Below, piece after piece: positions 8,940 through 18,392 of a DNA stretch of 32,000 nt. Each line of letters begins with the position of its first letter. Position 1 is the stretch's first letter. Location of the stretch: positions 810,001-842,000 of the forward strand of contig NC_007484.1 in assembly GCF_000012805.1 (NCBI RefSeq), in the 5' to 3' direction. The notes under the pieces were generated by a model. It made no database searches. It was not told the DNA's origin and saw nothing but the letters and a program-made list of their open reading frames with translations. The DNA comes from Nitrosococcus oceani ATCC 19707. GTDB taxonomy: Bacteria > Pseudomonadota > Gammaproteobacteria > Nitrosococcales > Nitrosococcaceae. The position numbers and the translations under genes are program-made.

Positions 8940-9671
8940 ATGTGCCTAAATTTTCAATCATTTTCTGTTCCGGCAAGGCTTGCGGTTTTGATACCGGCCC
9001 ATAATGAAGCAGCGACCATTGATGGCATCGTGCGAGCGGCTAAAGAGCATTTGGGTGGAGATGTGGTAGTGATTGACGATGCCAGCACGGATGGAACCGC
9101 CCAAATTGCCCGCTCTGCTGGTGCTACCGTTTTACCCCTGAGTTGCAATCTGGGGGCTTGGGGCGCGACCCAAGCAGGGATTCGTTATGCGCTGAAAGCT
9201 AACTACCAGCAGGTAATGACGATGGATGCTGATGGCCAGCATCTCCCGGAATATCTTCCTTTACTGCTTACAACCTTAGTATCGGGGGAGGCAGATGTGG
9301 TGATCGGCGCTTGTACCGAGCGGGGTAGCCGTGCCCGGCAGCTTGCTTGGGGCTATTTTCGGAAGTTAACGGGACTGGGGATTGAGGATTTGACTTCCGG
9401 TTTTCGCGCCTATAACAAGGCCGCCATGAGGGTGTTGGCCGCCCCCGAGGCTACATTGCTCGATTATCAGGATGTGGGAGTGTTGCTGCTGCTGCGCTAT
9501 GCCAGATTGCGCATTCAGGAGATTCCAGTGCCCATGCGCGAACGGGACCATGGCGGCTCACGGGTATTCCCTTCCTGGCTGGTGGTGGGGAAATACATGT
9601 TGCAAACCAGTCTTCTATGCCTAGCCAAGGTAGGCATGAATGGGAAGCGGCGGGTAGCCATGCAGCGATGA
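8940..9671 (+). CDS. GT2-family glycosyltransferase (polyprenol-phosphate sugar synthase-like)
   Basis: LAVLIPAHNEAATIDGIV...VVVIDDASTDGT and the MDADGQH DxD motif are present. Confidence 0.85.
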   Translation: MCLNFQSFSVPARLAVLIPAHNEAATIDGIVRAAKEHLGGDVVVIDDASTDGTAQIARSAGATVLPLSCNLGAWGATQAGIRYALKANYQQVMTMDADGQHLPEYLPLLLTTLVSGEADVVIGACTERGSRARQLAWGYFRKLTGLGIEDLTSGFRAYNKAAMRVLAAPEATLLDYQDVGVLLLLRYARLRIQEIPVPMRERDHGGSRVFPSWLVVGKYMLQTSLLCLAKVGMNGKRRVAMQR

Positions 9672-10069
9672 TTGATTACCAATGGACCTCCACCCTGATT
9701 GGGCTGTTGATTGCCAGCCTGATTCTCTTCTTAGTGCGCCGCGATCATTTACATGGTCCCTATGCTGTGTGGTGGTTGGTGGTGGCCGCCATGGTCGTGG
9801 TGCTGGGCGTTTTCCCCCGCTTGTTCGATACAGTGGCGCCTTTGTTTGGCGTGGCTTACCCACCTATTCTGGCGGTGGTGTTGGGGATGGGGCTACTTCT
9901 GATTAAAATGCTAACCATGGACCTGGAGCGTTCCCGGCAGGAACGCAAGCTGCGCCGGTTGACTCAGCGGCTAGCGATGCTAGAGACGTTGTTGGAAAAA
10001 GTCCATCAGAGCCAGCTTGCTCAAGAGAAGGAAAAGGATATTGGAGGGGACGACAATCAGGGCCAGTAG
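9668..10069 (+). CDS. DUF2304-family small membrane protein
   Basis: An ATGA start/stop overlap couples it to the GT2 gene. The pattern LVRRDHLHGPYAVWWL...FGVAYPPILAVVLG followed by a C-terminal coiled segment is typical of DUF2304, a frequent GT2 partner. Confidence 0.7.
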   Translation: MIDYQWTSTLIGLLIASLILFLVRRDHLHGPYAVWWLVVAAMVVVLGVFPRLFDTVAPLFGVAYPPILAVVLGMGLLLIKMLTMDLERSRQERKLRRLTQRLAMLETLLEKVHQSQLAQEKEKDIGGDDNQGQ

Positions 10070-10079
10070 AGGCAGTGAG

Positions 10080-10142
10080 GTAGGGCGGGAAAGTGTCGCC
10101 CATCCCACTATATAGATGGAGATTGACTTCGGCGGGATGGAC
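10080..10142. repeat. Degenerate REP doublet
   Basis: GTAGGGCGGGAAAGTGTCGCCCATCCCA has a few mismatches to the REP consensus. A conserved spacer follows (TATAGATGGAGATTGACTTC). The right arm GGCGGGATGG then decays. Confidence 0.6.
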
Positions 10143-10168
10143 GGTGTGCTCCATATTCCTAACTGCGG

Positions 10169-11569
10169 CTAGTCACGGCGAGGCTCCAACATGCAGGCTT
10201 GCAGTAACACCAGCACATAGAATAGCAGCAGGGGAACCCAGTGCAATAATATCCGGTTGATGCTGGTGTAGGATTCAGCCCAGGCAGCATTGTCGGTCAG
10301 AAAGAAAGTGCCGAAAATAACCACTAAGCCGCTGCCGATAAAGGTGAGGCCAATCAAGCGTTGGCGCCGGGCGATCATAAGGGGTATGGAAAGGGCCATT
10401 GCCGGAATGGCTAAGTACCAGAGAAGGTGCCAGTTATCCAGCACCAGCAGATTTTGCTGGAACGGCTCCCACCCTCCCTGAAGCGAAATCTCAAAATGTC
10501 CCAGGGACGGTATCTGGATGACTTCCGGGGTAAGCTGGAATTCCCCTATCCGAATGCCCCCGCTCACATACCAGATGGCAAGCAGCGCTACTCCTCCCGC
10601 CCCGGCCAATAGCCGTGTCCTGCAAGGGAGACAGGCGATGAGAAGGGGAGGCAGAAAAGTGAGCATCCAGATGAGTCCTTCCCGTTTGATGAAGGGGCAG
10701 GCGAGGGCTAGCAGCAGCGCCAGCCCGCCCTGCCAGGGATCACCGTTGCGCAGCCATTGCAAGAAGGCCATTCCAGCCAGGGAATAGGTGGCTGCGAGCC
10801 ATAAATCGGCATAGCCGGCAAGGGCGGTATGGATATTGAGTAGCGGCAGGGAAAGCAGCAGGTAGGTGCCGAGCAGGCTCGCCAGGGGTACTAGGCCCCA
10901 AAGCCGGAGCTGGCCGTAGAAAGCGAGCCCCAGCGCGGCGGCGCAAAATAGCCAGGGCAAGTTGATTAAGGAGTCGTCCCATTGCTCCAGGGCCAGGCTG
11001 ATCCAGAGCTGGATAAGGGACACGGTTTCGGGATAGGACCAGGCCGGCAAGGTATAGATGTCCCTGCTGGGGTGATGGAGCCAGGTGGCACTATCGACGA
11101 AAGGCACCAGTTCTTTTAGGGCAAACCATACTTGGGCCCGGGGTGCCCAGGTGGTCCAGGCATCCCAGGGATATAAGGGACGCCAAAGAATTTCCAGTCC
11201 CAGGTTAACAAAGCGGATAGCAAGCAGGGCAATTAGCAGGGCAAAAAGCCCTGTTTGCCAGGAATTCCAGGAATGGACGGCGCTGTTATCCACATAGCCA
11301 TCATCTTTCCTGGTTTTTGTGCGGCTCACCCAAAATCCTAATAGAGTTAAGGCTAGGAGCAGACCCGCAAGGGGCCAAAATGCCTGTTTTAACCCTATTC
11401 CATCCCAAAGACGCATCATGAATGTGGTAGCCAGTGTGCCTAATAGATAGGCATAGCCCAGCACCAGGGGACCAGCGCCACGCGCGGTCCGCGGCCAGCC
11501 GATCCTTAACCAGGCTACGCCAAGGAGCCAGGGGAGAAAGAGAGCGGTTAAAAGTTGAAAAAGGATCAT
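10169..11569 (-). CDS. Polytopic inner-membrane protein, possibly a GT-C-fold glycosyltransferase
   Basis: The 466-aa product is highly hydrophobic with many predicted TM segments. It lies 16 nt downstream of the TPR-GT41 gene on the same strand. The GT-C assignment is inferred from context and overall architecture only. Confidence 0.6.
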   Translation of the reverse strand: MILFQLLTALFLPWLLGVAWLRIGWPRTARGAGPLVLGYAYLLGTLATTFMMRLWDGIGLKQAFWPLAGLLLALTLLGFWVSRTKTRKDDGYVDNSAVHSWNSWQTGLFALLIALLAIRFVNLGLEILWRPLYPWDAWTTWAPRAQVWFALKELVPFVDSATWLHHPSRDIYTLPAWSYPETVSLIQLWISLALEQWDDSLINLPWLFCAAALGLAFYGQLRLWGLVPLASLLGTYLLLSLPLLNIHTALAGYADLWLAATYSLAGMAFLQWLRNGDPWQGGLALLLALACPFIKREGLIWMLTFLPPLLIACLPCRTRLLAGAGGVALLAIWYVSGGIRIGEFQLTPEVIQIPSLGHFEISLQGGWEPFQQNLLVLDNWHLLWYLAIPAMALSIPLMIARRQRLIGLTFIGSGLVVIFGTFFLTDNAAWAESYTSINRILLHWVPLLLFYVLVLLQACMLEPRRD

Positions 11570-11585
11570 GGGTAGCGATGGTTTA

Positions 11586-13778
11586 TTAGCTCAAGGATTT
11601 AAAAAAGGCGGTCAACGCATCAAGAGGTGCTTGCTGATCAAAGAGACGATTGCGCCGGGCAAGAATCCGCACTCGCAAGGCTTGGTTGGCTGCTTTGTCC
11701 CGGCCATACTGGAGGACTTTACGCACATAATCTCCGGCATCCTGGGCAACCAACTCAGGAAGTTCCAGCAAATTTAGCATGGCTGCGCTTTGCCGCCCCC
11801 GCATGTAGGTGCTGGGCAGAGCAATGAGAGGAAGCCCGGAACCCAGGGCATCCAGGGCAGTATTGCCCCCCGACCAATGGGGCGTATCCAGCATGAGATC
11901 GCAGCAGCGGTTGATTTGCAAATAGCGCGCGCGAGACGTAGTAGGCAGCAACAGCAGTTGGCGTTCTGGGTCAGCTCCCGCTTGGGTTAAGGCCGCCCCC
12001 AGGCGCGTCAGCAGTTTGTCCGTAACCCGGCGATCCTGACCGGTAAATAGTACCAACATTCCCTGCCTATCCTCGGCCAGCAACTGGGCTACCAGGGCAT
12101 CGGCATCCGGATGAATTTTAAAGGGCGACTGGGGCAGGAGGTAGAGAGTGCGTTTCTCTGGCAGGCCAAGGTCGTTCCGGTCGGCGGGAGGGGGTTCAGG
12201 TGGGGCTGGGTAGCTAGTGCCTAGTCCCGGCAGGGACAGCAATCGCTCACGGTAATGGGTCCGAGCTTCGGGCGGCTCCATGGTGGCGCAGGAGAAGTAA
12301 ATGTCCATGGTGGGCAGTCCGCTGGTGACAGGATGGCCCCAAGCACAGCCCTGAAACGGGGCTAAGCGAAGGGCGGCCAGCACCAGCAGCCGGGCATCCA
12401 TGCCCAGCTCCGGGTAAATGAGGGCATCTAGCCGATCCGCCGCTATTTGGGCCGCGCAAGAGGCAAGGCGGCCGTCCAGGTAGCGGAATTTACTGGCTGA
12501 ATCGGCCACGATCCGGGTATGGTGATCCCGCTTTGGGCCTAATTGGTAAACGATGACTTCAAAGCCCCCTCGCCCCAGGGCCTCCGGCCAGCGACCAAAG
12601 TAATGGCCTACCGTGCAGTCGCGAAAGGCGCTTGACACTAGGCCGATACGGCGCGGCCTGGAGTGCTTGCAGCGAACTGGGCTAGGGGCATCCAGGGCAT
12701 GGCTGGCCCAATGATGGAGCCAATCACCGTAATCTCGCTGTAGGGAAGCATCATTCCCGCCTTGGTAAGCCAGGAAGAAGTTGGACCAGAGCAGATCTTC
12801 TAGCCACGGTGGACTTGCCGGTTGCCACTCCTTGAGGGCTTGCAGTTCTTTTCGGTACCGGCTCCGTGTGGTGGCCAGGTGCTGGCGATCATGGTAGACA
12901 ACCGGCAGGGTGAGGGCCGCGCCTAGCCGTGCTTGCCAGGCATCGGGGTTGGCCGTCAGAATATGTTGGTAGACGGTCATGGCTTTTCGGGCCTCGCCGG
13001 CCCGGTCGAGGACGCGGGCAAAAGCTAACCATTGTTTTTCCTGAGCGCTGTGGCGCTTAAGCCAGCGGCGCAGCCATTGGGCTGCTTGCCAGTTTTCCCC
13101 ATGGCGGCGAGCGAGAATCATAATGCGAGATATTAATGCCTTGGGGTCTGCGCTAATATTTTGTTGCCGCTCTAGCAACGCCCAGGCACGTTGCGGTTGA
13201 TGGTAAAGCAGCCATTGTTCGGCCACACCCAGGGCAATCTCATCAGGGAGGGGAATATTTGTTAGGATAGCGAGCAATCCCAGTCCCGCGGGGTGTTGCT
13301 GGTTAGCGAGGAGGGCCCGCGCTAGCAGCAAACGGATTTCATGATCCCGCGGATCGAGGATGCTTGCCTGGCGGGCGCTGGCAACTGCGGCTTGGTTGTC
13401 TCCTTGCTGGAGTTGAGCGAGCACTAAATTGCGCCAGGCAAGCCGGTTACGGGGATCGAGTTCCAAGGCGCGCCGGAAATGAGCATGGGCCTGGGGCAGC
13501 ATGACGTTCTCGAACAGGCGGGAGCCACAATTACTGTGGGCCATACTCAGGGTGGTTAATAGCTGTCTTTTGGGGCCGATAACCGCAAGCAGACGCTCTA
13601 GCCATTGGATAGCTGCGGTAAAATCTTTGTTTTGAAGGGCAGCATTGCCCAAGCCCAGGAGGGCAATTGAGTGATTAGGGTGTTTGGCCAGGATTTGGCG
13701 GTAGATTTGGGTGCCTTCCTGAACTCGGTTTGCGGCCTGTAATTGACGGGCTTTCGCTAGCAGCTTTTCTATGCCCAT
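11586..13778 (-). CDS. TPR-repeat protein with C-terminal GT41 (SPINDLY/O-GlcNAc-transferase-like) domain
   Basis: The N-terminus has TPR-like repeats (ALLGLGNAALQNKDFTAAIQWLERLL; FRRALELDPRNRLAWRNLVLAQL). The C-terminus has RIGLVSSAFRDCTVGHYF, LIYPELGMD, GCAWGHPVTSGLPTMD and LDTPHWSGGNTALDALGSGLPLI, characteristic of Glyco_transf_41. Confidence 0.8.
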   Translation of the reverse strand: MGIEKLLAKARQLQAANRVQEGTQIYRQILAKHPNHSIALLGLGNAALQNKDFTAAIQWLERLLAVIGPKRQLLTTLSMAHSNCGSRLFENVMLPQAHAHFRRALELDPRNRLAWRNLVLAQLQQGDNQAAVASARQASILDPRDHEIRLLLARALLANQQHPAGLGLLAILTNIPLPDEIALGVAEQWLLYHQPQRAWALLERQQNISADPKALISRIMILARRHGENWQAAQWLRRWLKRHSAQEKQWLAFARVLDRAGEARKAMTVYQHILTANPDAWQARLGAALTLPVVYHDRQHLATTRSRYRKELQALKEWQPASPPWLEDLLWSNFFLAYQGGNDASLQRDYGDWLHHWASHALDAPSPVRCKHSRPRRIGLVSSAFRDCTVGHYFGRWPEALGRGGFEVIVYQLGPKRDHHTRIVADSASKFRYLDGRLASCAAQIAADRLDALIYPELGMDARLLVLAALRLAPFQGCAWGHPVTSGLPTMDIYFSCATMEPPEARTHYRERLLSLPGLGTSYPAPPEPPPADRNDLGLPEKRTLYLLPQSPFKIHPDADALVAQLLAEDRQGMLVLFTGQDRRVTDKLLTRLGAALTQAGADPERQLLLLPTTSRARYLQINRCCDLMLDTPHWSGGNTALDALGSGLPLIALPSTYMRGRQSAAMLNLLELPELVAQDAGDYVRKVLQYGRDKAANQALRVRILARRNRLFDQQAPLDALTAFFKSLS

Positions 13779-13872
13779 TTCTTGAGTAATATTCCTGTGT
13801 GGGCTTTTTAATTTGCTTATGTTAACGTCAATCTTGGATAGTGGTCCGAGAGCTTGTTAGGAGAAAAGGCAG

Positions 13873-13905
13873 GGCGGGATGGGATGCGCCACGTTTTCCG
13901 CCTGC
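13873..13905 (-). repeat. Possible highly degenerate REP relic
   Basis: Compare GGCGGGATGGGATGCGCCACGTTTTCCGCCTGC with the reverse consensus GGCGGGATGCGC-NN-CGCTTTCCCGCCCTAC. It has an insertion and several mismatches. Confidence 0.3.
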
Positions 13906-13969
13906 GTGCTTTCAAATCTCTGCTCCGAACGTGGATTATATTAACCTTTATATTAGGCGGAGTCATAGC

Positions 13970-14746
13970 ATGTGCGCGGCGTTCCTCAAAGAATCTCCTT
14001 CCAGGGCGGTTTTATCCCGGCTTCGGCCGGAGCGTGGGATATTGCGCCACCGTCAGGGATTCACATTGGTGGAGCTGTTGATTGCCATGACTTTGGTGGG
14101 GATGATTTTGGTCATTCTGTTCAGTGCTCTGCGGCTGTCGACCCGAAGCTGGGAAGCTACCGAGAAAAGGCTGGCGGCGGTAGAGAAAGTAAGAGCCATA
14201 GAAGGTTTGTTCCGGCGTCAGATTCGGGAGCAGAAATTGCTTTTCTACAGCGATCCTGAACGGGGCCAAGTCGCGACTTTTGCGGGTACCCCAAACACCA
14301 TGCAATTTGTGGCGCCTCTCCTAACCCGCTTAGGTCTTGGTGGGCTTTATTGGATAATTTTTGAGGTTATTCAGGAGGGCGGCGAGTCTCGCCTGGTCAT
14401 GCGTTGGTGGCCTTATCGGCCAGCGGGACAACAAGAAGTGGAGGAGCGAGAGGAGGAGGTATTGCTGAAAGCTGTAGAAACAGCCACCTTTTCCTATTTT
14501 GGCCGGGAGGTCGGGGGAACAATTCCTGAGTGGCGTGGGCACTGGGAAAATCCCCAGGAGCCACCCCAATTGGTTCGTGTGGAAGTCCATACCCAGAACG
14601 GGGCGTGGCCCGAGCTGGTGGTGCCTATTCGGACGGAGCCCTCCGAGGGCGGAATAGGAGGTGGCCTGGGGATGGGCGGACACCCCGCGATTGATTTTGG
14701 TTCTGACTCTTCGTTTCCTGGCGATGCTCAGCCTATCCCGGAGTAA
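13970..14746 (+). CDS. gspJ: Type II secretion minor pseudopilin GspJ
   Basis: The prepilin N-methylation motif QGFTLVELLIAMTLVGMILVILF is present. The size and the position directly upstream of gspK fit GspJ. A TTG at 14042 would give a canonical short leader (RHRQ-GFTL), so the start is uncertain. Confidence 0.75.
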   Translation: MCAAFLKESPSRAVLSRLRPERGILRHRQGFTLVELLIAMTLVGMILVILFSALRLSTRSWEATEKRLAAVEKVRAIEGLFRRQIREQKLLFYSDPERGQVATFAGTPNTMQFVAPLLTRLGLGGLYWIIFEVIQEGGESRLVMRWWPYRPAGQQEVEEREEEVLLKAVETATFSYFGREVGGTIPEWRGHWENPQEPPQLVRVEVHTQNGAWPELVVPIRTEPSEGGIGGGLGMGGHPAIDFGSDSSFPGDAQPIPE

Positions 14747-14750
14747 ACCC

Positions 14751-15635
14751 ATGTGTAGGGAACATGGAATTGCCCTGATTATGGTGTTGTGGATGCTGAC
14801 CTTGTTAGCTATTATCGCTGGCAGTTTTACTTACACCTTACGCATTGAATCCACCCTGGCCGTTAATGTGGTGGGGCGGGCGAAGGCCCGGGCTCTGGCG
14901 GAGGCGGGTATTGCCTATGCCGCTCTGGATATGCTTCGTCCTCTCCCCTTGCGCCGTTTTCCTCCTAATGGTGTCCCTTATCCGTGGAAATTTGGCACGG
15001 AAACCGTCATGATTTCTGTTCGGGATGTGGCCGGTTTGATTGATCTGAATACTGCCAGCCGGGAGTTGTTAGGCGGATTACTGATGGCGGCGGGCGTGCC
15101 CGCGGATGGGCAGAACCGCTTGCTGGATGCCATCGAGGATTGGCGTGATCCGGATGATATTCCTCTTGTGGAGGGGGCGGAAGATAAGGATTACCTTGCC
15201 GCGGGATTACCCTATGGCGCCAAGGACGGCCCTTTTGATGACGTTACGGAATTGCAGCAAGTTTTAGGGATTTCGTCGGCCTTGTATCAGCGCATGGCGC
15301 CGTCATTAACGGTTTATTCAGGGCAACCGGGGATCGATCCCACGGTAGCGCCAAGAGAAGTGCTGCTAGCGATACCAGGGGTAGATCTCCAATTAATTGA
15401 ATCTTATCTTGAGGAACGAAGGGTGACGGCGGTCAGGGGAGACATACCGCCGCCATTGCCGCCTATTGGCGGGGGATATTTGGCCCAGGCGAGCGGTTTG
15501 GCGTATAGTGTGCGCGCTGAAGCTAAACCAAAAGAAGGAGGCGCCGCCGTTATAGAAGCGGTGATTGCTCTCGGTTCCGGTGCGGGAGGTTTTATCCCTA
15601 ATTCGTCCATACTCCAATGGCGGGAAAACCTATAA
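14751..15635 (+). CDS. gspK: Type II secretion minor pseudopilin GspK
   Basis: The N-terminus is GIALIMVLWMLTLLAIIAGSF. The central EDWRDPDD region and the HhH/SAM-like ELQQVLGISSALYQRMAPSLTVYSG are typical of GspK. The ATG lies 4 nt after the gspJ stop. Confidence 0.8.
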   Translation: MCREHGIALIMVLWMLTLLAIIAGSFTYTLRIESTLAVNVVGRAKARALAEAGIAYAALDMLRPLPLRRFPPNGVPYPWKFGTETVMISVRDVAGLIDLNTASRELLGGLLMAAGVPADGQNRLLDAIEDWRDPDDIPLVEGAEDKDYLAAGLPYGAKDGPFDDVTELQQVLGISSALYQRMAPSLTVYSGQPGIDPTVAPREVLLAIPGVDLQLIESYLEERRVTAVRGDIPPPLPPIGGGYLAQASGLAYSVRAEAKPKEGGAAVIEAVIALGSGAGGFIPNSSILQWRENL

Positions 15636-15918
15636 CTATCCTGATATTGAGATCGGTTTCAAGTGCGAGCATCCCCTGCCGAATATACTCAGAACAGAAT
15701 GTTTTTCCTGGCGGTATAACGATGCCAGAGGCCACTATGCAGGAACATATTTCAATAAGAATTTTGGCAAGAACAGGGCTGGTTTCGTGCGGTTCAACCG
15801 CTCCCGTGAAGCGGAAAATAGTGTTGTATGCACGAAGAGTCTAAAGATCTGCTTGCCTGCTTTGTTTTTATCAGCAAGCGCTTTTAAAAAAGGAAGCCAT
15901 GGGTAAGGATATATCCCG

Positions 15919-17040
15919 ATGAGCGCCACCAAGCGCCAGGCAAAGCACCAAGGGAAAGGCACTCAGATCTTTTCTAAAGAGATAGTGTCGTCTCTGAATA
16001 TTAGTAGTTTCCTCGATTGGTGGGGACAAGGATTACTAGGTTGCCTCCCCCGGCGGGTGCGACAGTGGTTTTGGCGCGAGACCACGAGCGTGGTGCTGGA
16101 GCCCCAGGGAAGTGGTGTGCGGGTTCAGCGGGAGCGAGGCGAATCCAAGGAAAATCTCGGCTTTTACGAGGGTGCGGCCCAGTGGGATAAAATCCTTGGG
16201 GAGGAGGATACGGTCCTGGTATTCCGCCTGCCACCAAGGCAGGTACTGTCCAAGTCTCTGGTGCTGCCTAGCGCGGCGGAAGAGAATTTACGCCAAGTGT
16301 TGGCCTTTGAAATGGAACGCCACACGCCTTTTACCGCCAATCAAGTTTACTACGATTTTGCAATCAGGGAACGTAATTTGGCCGCGCGTCGGATAACCGT
16401 CAGCTTGATTGTCGTGCCCCGGCGTATCCTGGACGAGTGGCTGGAGCGGTTATCCCACTGGGGACTCCAGCCTGCTGTGGTCGATGTGGCAGGTGCAGAT
16501 AGGGGACAAACTAATCTGTTGCCAGAAGAAAAACGCACCTCTAAAGTCAGGCCCTTGCCGCGCCTTAATATGGGGCTCGGTTTGGTGCTACTTCTCCTGG
16601 TGGCAGGGGCTATCCTGCTGCCCCTATGGCAAGCACGCACGGTAGTGATTGAGCTGATGCCCCAGGTTGCAGCCGCCCAGCAAAAGGCGGAATCCGTGAT
16701 GGCTATTCGCCAGCAACTGGAGAAAGTGGTCGAGGCTTCGGCATTTTTAGGGAAGGAAAAACAGGAATACCCCTCAGCGGTTGAACTTCTCTATGAGCTT
16801 ACCCGTATTCTGCCGGATAATGTGTGGCTTCAGCAGCTTACTTTTTCAAGAGGGAAAGCGGAACTGGATATCCGGGGGGAAGCCGCTGAGGCCTCGGCCC
16901 TTATTGCCTTATTAGAGGTCTCTCCTTATTTTCAGAGCGTTCAATTCCGTTCCCCCGTCACCACCAACGCCAGGACGGGGCGAGACCGCTTCCATATTAC
17001 CGCCCAGATCCCTAAGTTGGAGGGACTGCCTTTGCCATGA
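15919..17040 (+). CDS. gspL: Type II secretion assembly-platform protein GspL (PilM/PilN-like)
   Basis: It has a cytoplasmic N-domain, a single TM (LGLVLLLLVAGAILLPLW) and a periplasmic PilN-like coiled region. It lies between gspK and gspM. Confidence 0.65.
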   Translation: MSATKRQAKHQGKGTQIFSKEIVSSLNISSFLDWWGQGLLGCLPRRVRQWFWRETTSVVLEPQGSGVRVQRERGESKENLGFYEGAAQWDKILGEEDTVLVFRLPPRQVLSKSLVLPSAAEENLRQVLAFEMERHTPFTANQVYYDFAIRERNLAARRITVSLIVVPRRILDEWLERLSHWGLQPAVVDVAGADRGQTNLLPEEKRTSKVRPLPRLNMGLGLVLLLLVAGAILLPLWQARTVVIELMPQVAAAQQKAESVMAIRQQLEKVVEASAFLGKEKQEYPSAVELLYELTRILPDNVWLQQLTFSRGKAELDIRGEAAEASALIALLEVSPYFQSVQFRSPVTTNARTGRDRFHITAQIPKLEGLPLP

Positions 17041-17642
17041 ACCTTCATTTGTCGGAGAAAGGGCATTGCGCCGCAGCTGTGGGATTATTATTGTTGGTTT
17101 TATTGATGGCTTATTTTGTTTTGATTCAGCCCGTCATTGCCAAGCATGGGTTTTATCATGAAAATATCGCTTCCATGCAACAGCGGCTTGCAAGATACAA
17201 CCAGATTATCGCTAGCAGGCCGACCCTGGAAGCCAGACTAAAGCAATTGCAGCGAAAGCAAGCCGCCAATGCCTATTATTTGGAGCAACAGTCTGCTCCC
17301 CTGGCGGCTACTGAGCTGCGCCGGCGGGTTAAGGCGGTGGTGGAGTCCAGTGGGGGCGTGCTCACTAGCACGCAAAGCTTACCGGTGGTTGAAAATGAAC
17401 TTTTTCCAAAGGTCGGAATTAGGGTTCGAATGACCGGCGATACCGAAATTTTGCAGAAAGTTTTATATGATTTGGAAGCTTCCCGGCCCCTGTTATTCGT
17501 GGATGATCTTCAGGTCCGTAGCCGCCAGATCCGGCGCCGCAGCCGCCATGATCGGCGTACCATCATTGAAGAGACCCAGTTAACGATTAGTTTCGAGCTC
17601 TACGGCTATATGCGGGGGAATAGTGCGGTCAGCGGCGCCTAA
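17037..17642 (+). CDS. gspM: Type II secretion protein GspM (PilO-like)
   Basis: An ATGA overlap couples it to gspL. It has an N-terminal TM (AAAVGLLLLVLLMAYFVLI), then a coiled coil and an alpha/beta domain. The size and position fit GspM. Confidence 0.6.
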   Translation: MNLHLSEKGHCAAAVGLLLLVLLMAYFVLIQPVIAKHGFYHENIASMQQRLARYNQIIASRPTLEARLKQLQRKQAANAYYLEQQSAPLAATELRRRVKAVVESSGGVLTSTQSLPVVENELFPKVGIRVRMTGDTEILQKVLYDLEASRPLLFVDDLQVRSRQIRRRSRHDRRTIIEETQLTISFELYGYMRGNSAVSGA

Positions 17643-18219
17643 TCACCGGGCGTTGGCATTCTTGCTCGCTGGATTATGTCTCTTGGTGGTGGTGGTGATT
17701 GCCCTGGAGGCCAGGTATCCCTTCCAACTTGAGCAGGAAGAGAGAATCGCTCCTGCCAATCCAAATTTGGCGGATCTGGTGCCTACCCAGGAGCGGGGTG
17801 AGGAAATCGCCCTGCCCCCTTTGGGTAACTACGAAGAAATCGTAGCCCGCCCCCTTTTCCGGCCTAGTCGGCGTCCCCCCGATCCTGAGAAAGCCGCGGC
17901 TGAGGAAGCCCGGAAGAAAGCCATGGAAGAAGCCGAGCGGCTAAAAAGCCATGTCAAGGATCTTTTTATCTTGAGTGGAGTAGTCGTGACGGCCGAAAAA
18001 ACCGTGGCGTTGCTACAGGATATTAAAAATAATAAAAGCCTGCGGGTGAGTGAAGGGGAAAAACTGGAAGGTTGGAAAGTGCAGCAAATTTTCCCCAACC
18101 GGGTGCTGTTCAGGGACGATGGCCGCTCGGAAACTTTGGAACTCATTCGGAATTTTGAGTCAACAGAGCGAAAGCCCCCGCGCCGGAGACGGGCGGTGCG
18201 GCGCTCAAACCATCGATGA
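17623..18219 (+). CDS. GspC/XpsN-like HR-domain protein lacking a PDZ domain, with a polybasic tail
   Basis: It has an N-terminal TM, the motif IVARPLFRPSRRPP, and a PilP/GspC HR-like segment FILSGVVVTAEKTVALLQDIKNNKSLRVSEGEKLEGWKVQQIFPNRVLF. It overlaps the end of gspM by 20 nt and ends RKPPRRRRAVRRSNHR. Confidence 0.55.
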   Translation: MRSAAPNHRALAFLLAGLCLLVVVVIALEARYPFQLEQEERIAPANPNLADLVPTQERGEEIALPPLGNYEEIVARPLFRPSRRPPDPEKAAAEEARKKAMEEAERLKSHVKDLFILSGVVVTAEKTVALLQDIKNNKSLRVSEGEKLEGWKVQQIFPNRVLFRDDGRSETLELIRNFESTERKPPRRRRAVRRSNHR

Positions 18220-18392
18220 GATGGGCGGATAAGTCCGGTGGTTTGCTGCGGTCATAAAAAAAGCATAGGCGGTGAGCTTACATTTTAAACTAGGGAAGGT
18301 TCCCATCAATACAATAGAGACGAATTGTCAGCGGAGAAGATAGAAAGCTCGTCTGCCACAGCGCGGGAAAATAGTTACTTAGGGGGATTAAG

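Noticed and set aside
13841-13969. The long upstream extension of the gspJ ORF (start at 13841)
   Set aside because: The extension reads through the divergent promoter region and the REP-like relic. The prepilin motif requires a short leader, so ATG 13970 or TTG 14042 are more plausible.
15700-15780. Sigma-54-like TGGC motifs (CTGGCGGTATAACGATGC and TTGGCAAGAACAGGGCT) in the gspK-gspL gap
   Set aside because: Neither has the GG-N10-GC spacing with TTGC at -12.
15791-15826. Mutually exclusive hairpins GCGG-TTCAA-CCGC and CCGC-TCCCGTGAA-GCGG in the gspK-gspL gap (attenuator-like)
   Set aside because: The stems are only 4 bp, which is too weak to support a regulatory claim.
17423-17431. GGTTCGAAT, a tRNA T-arm-like motif
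   Set aside because: It lies inside the gspM coding frame with no surrounding cloverleaf potential. I recognised no tRNA in any intergenic region.
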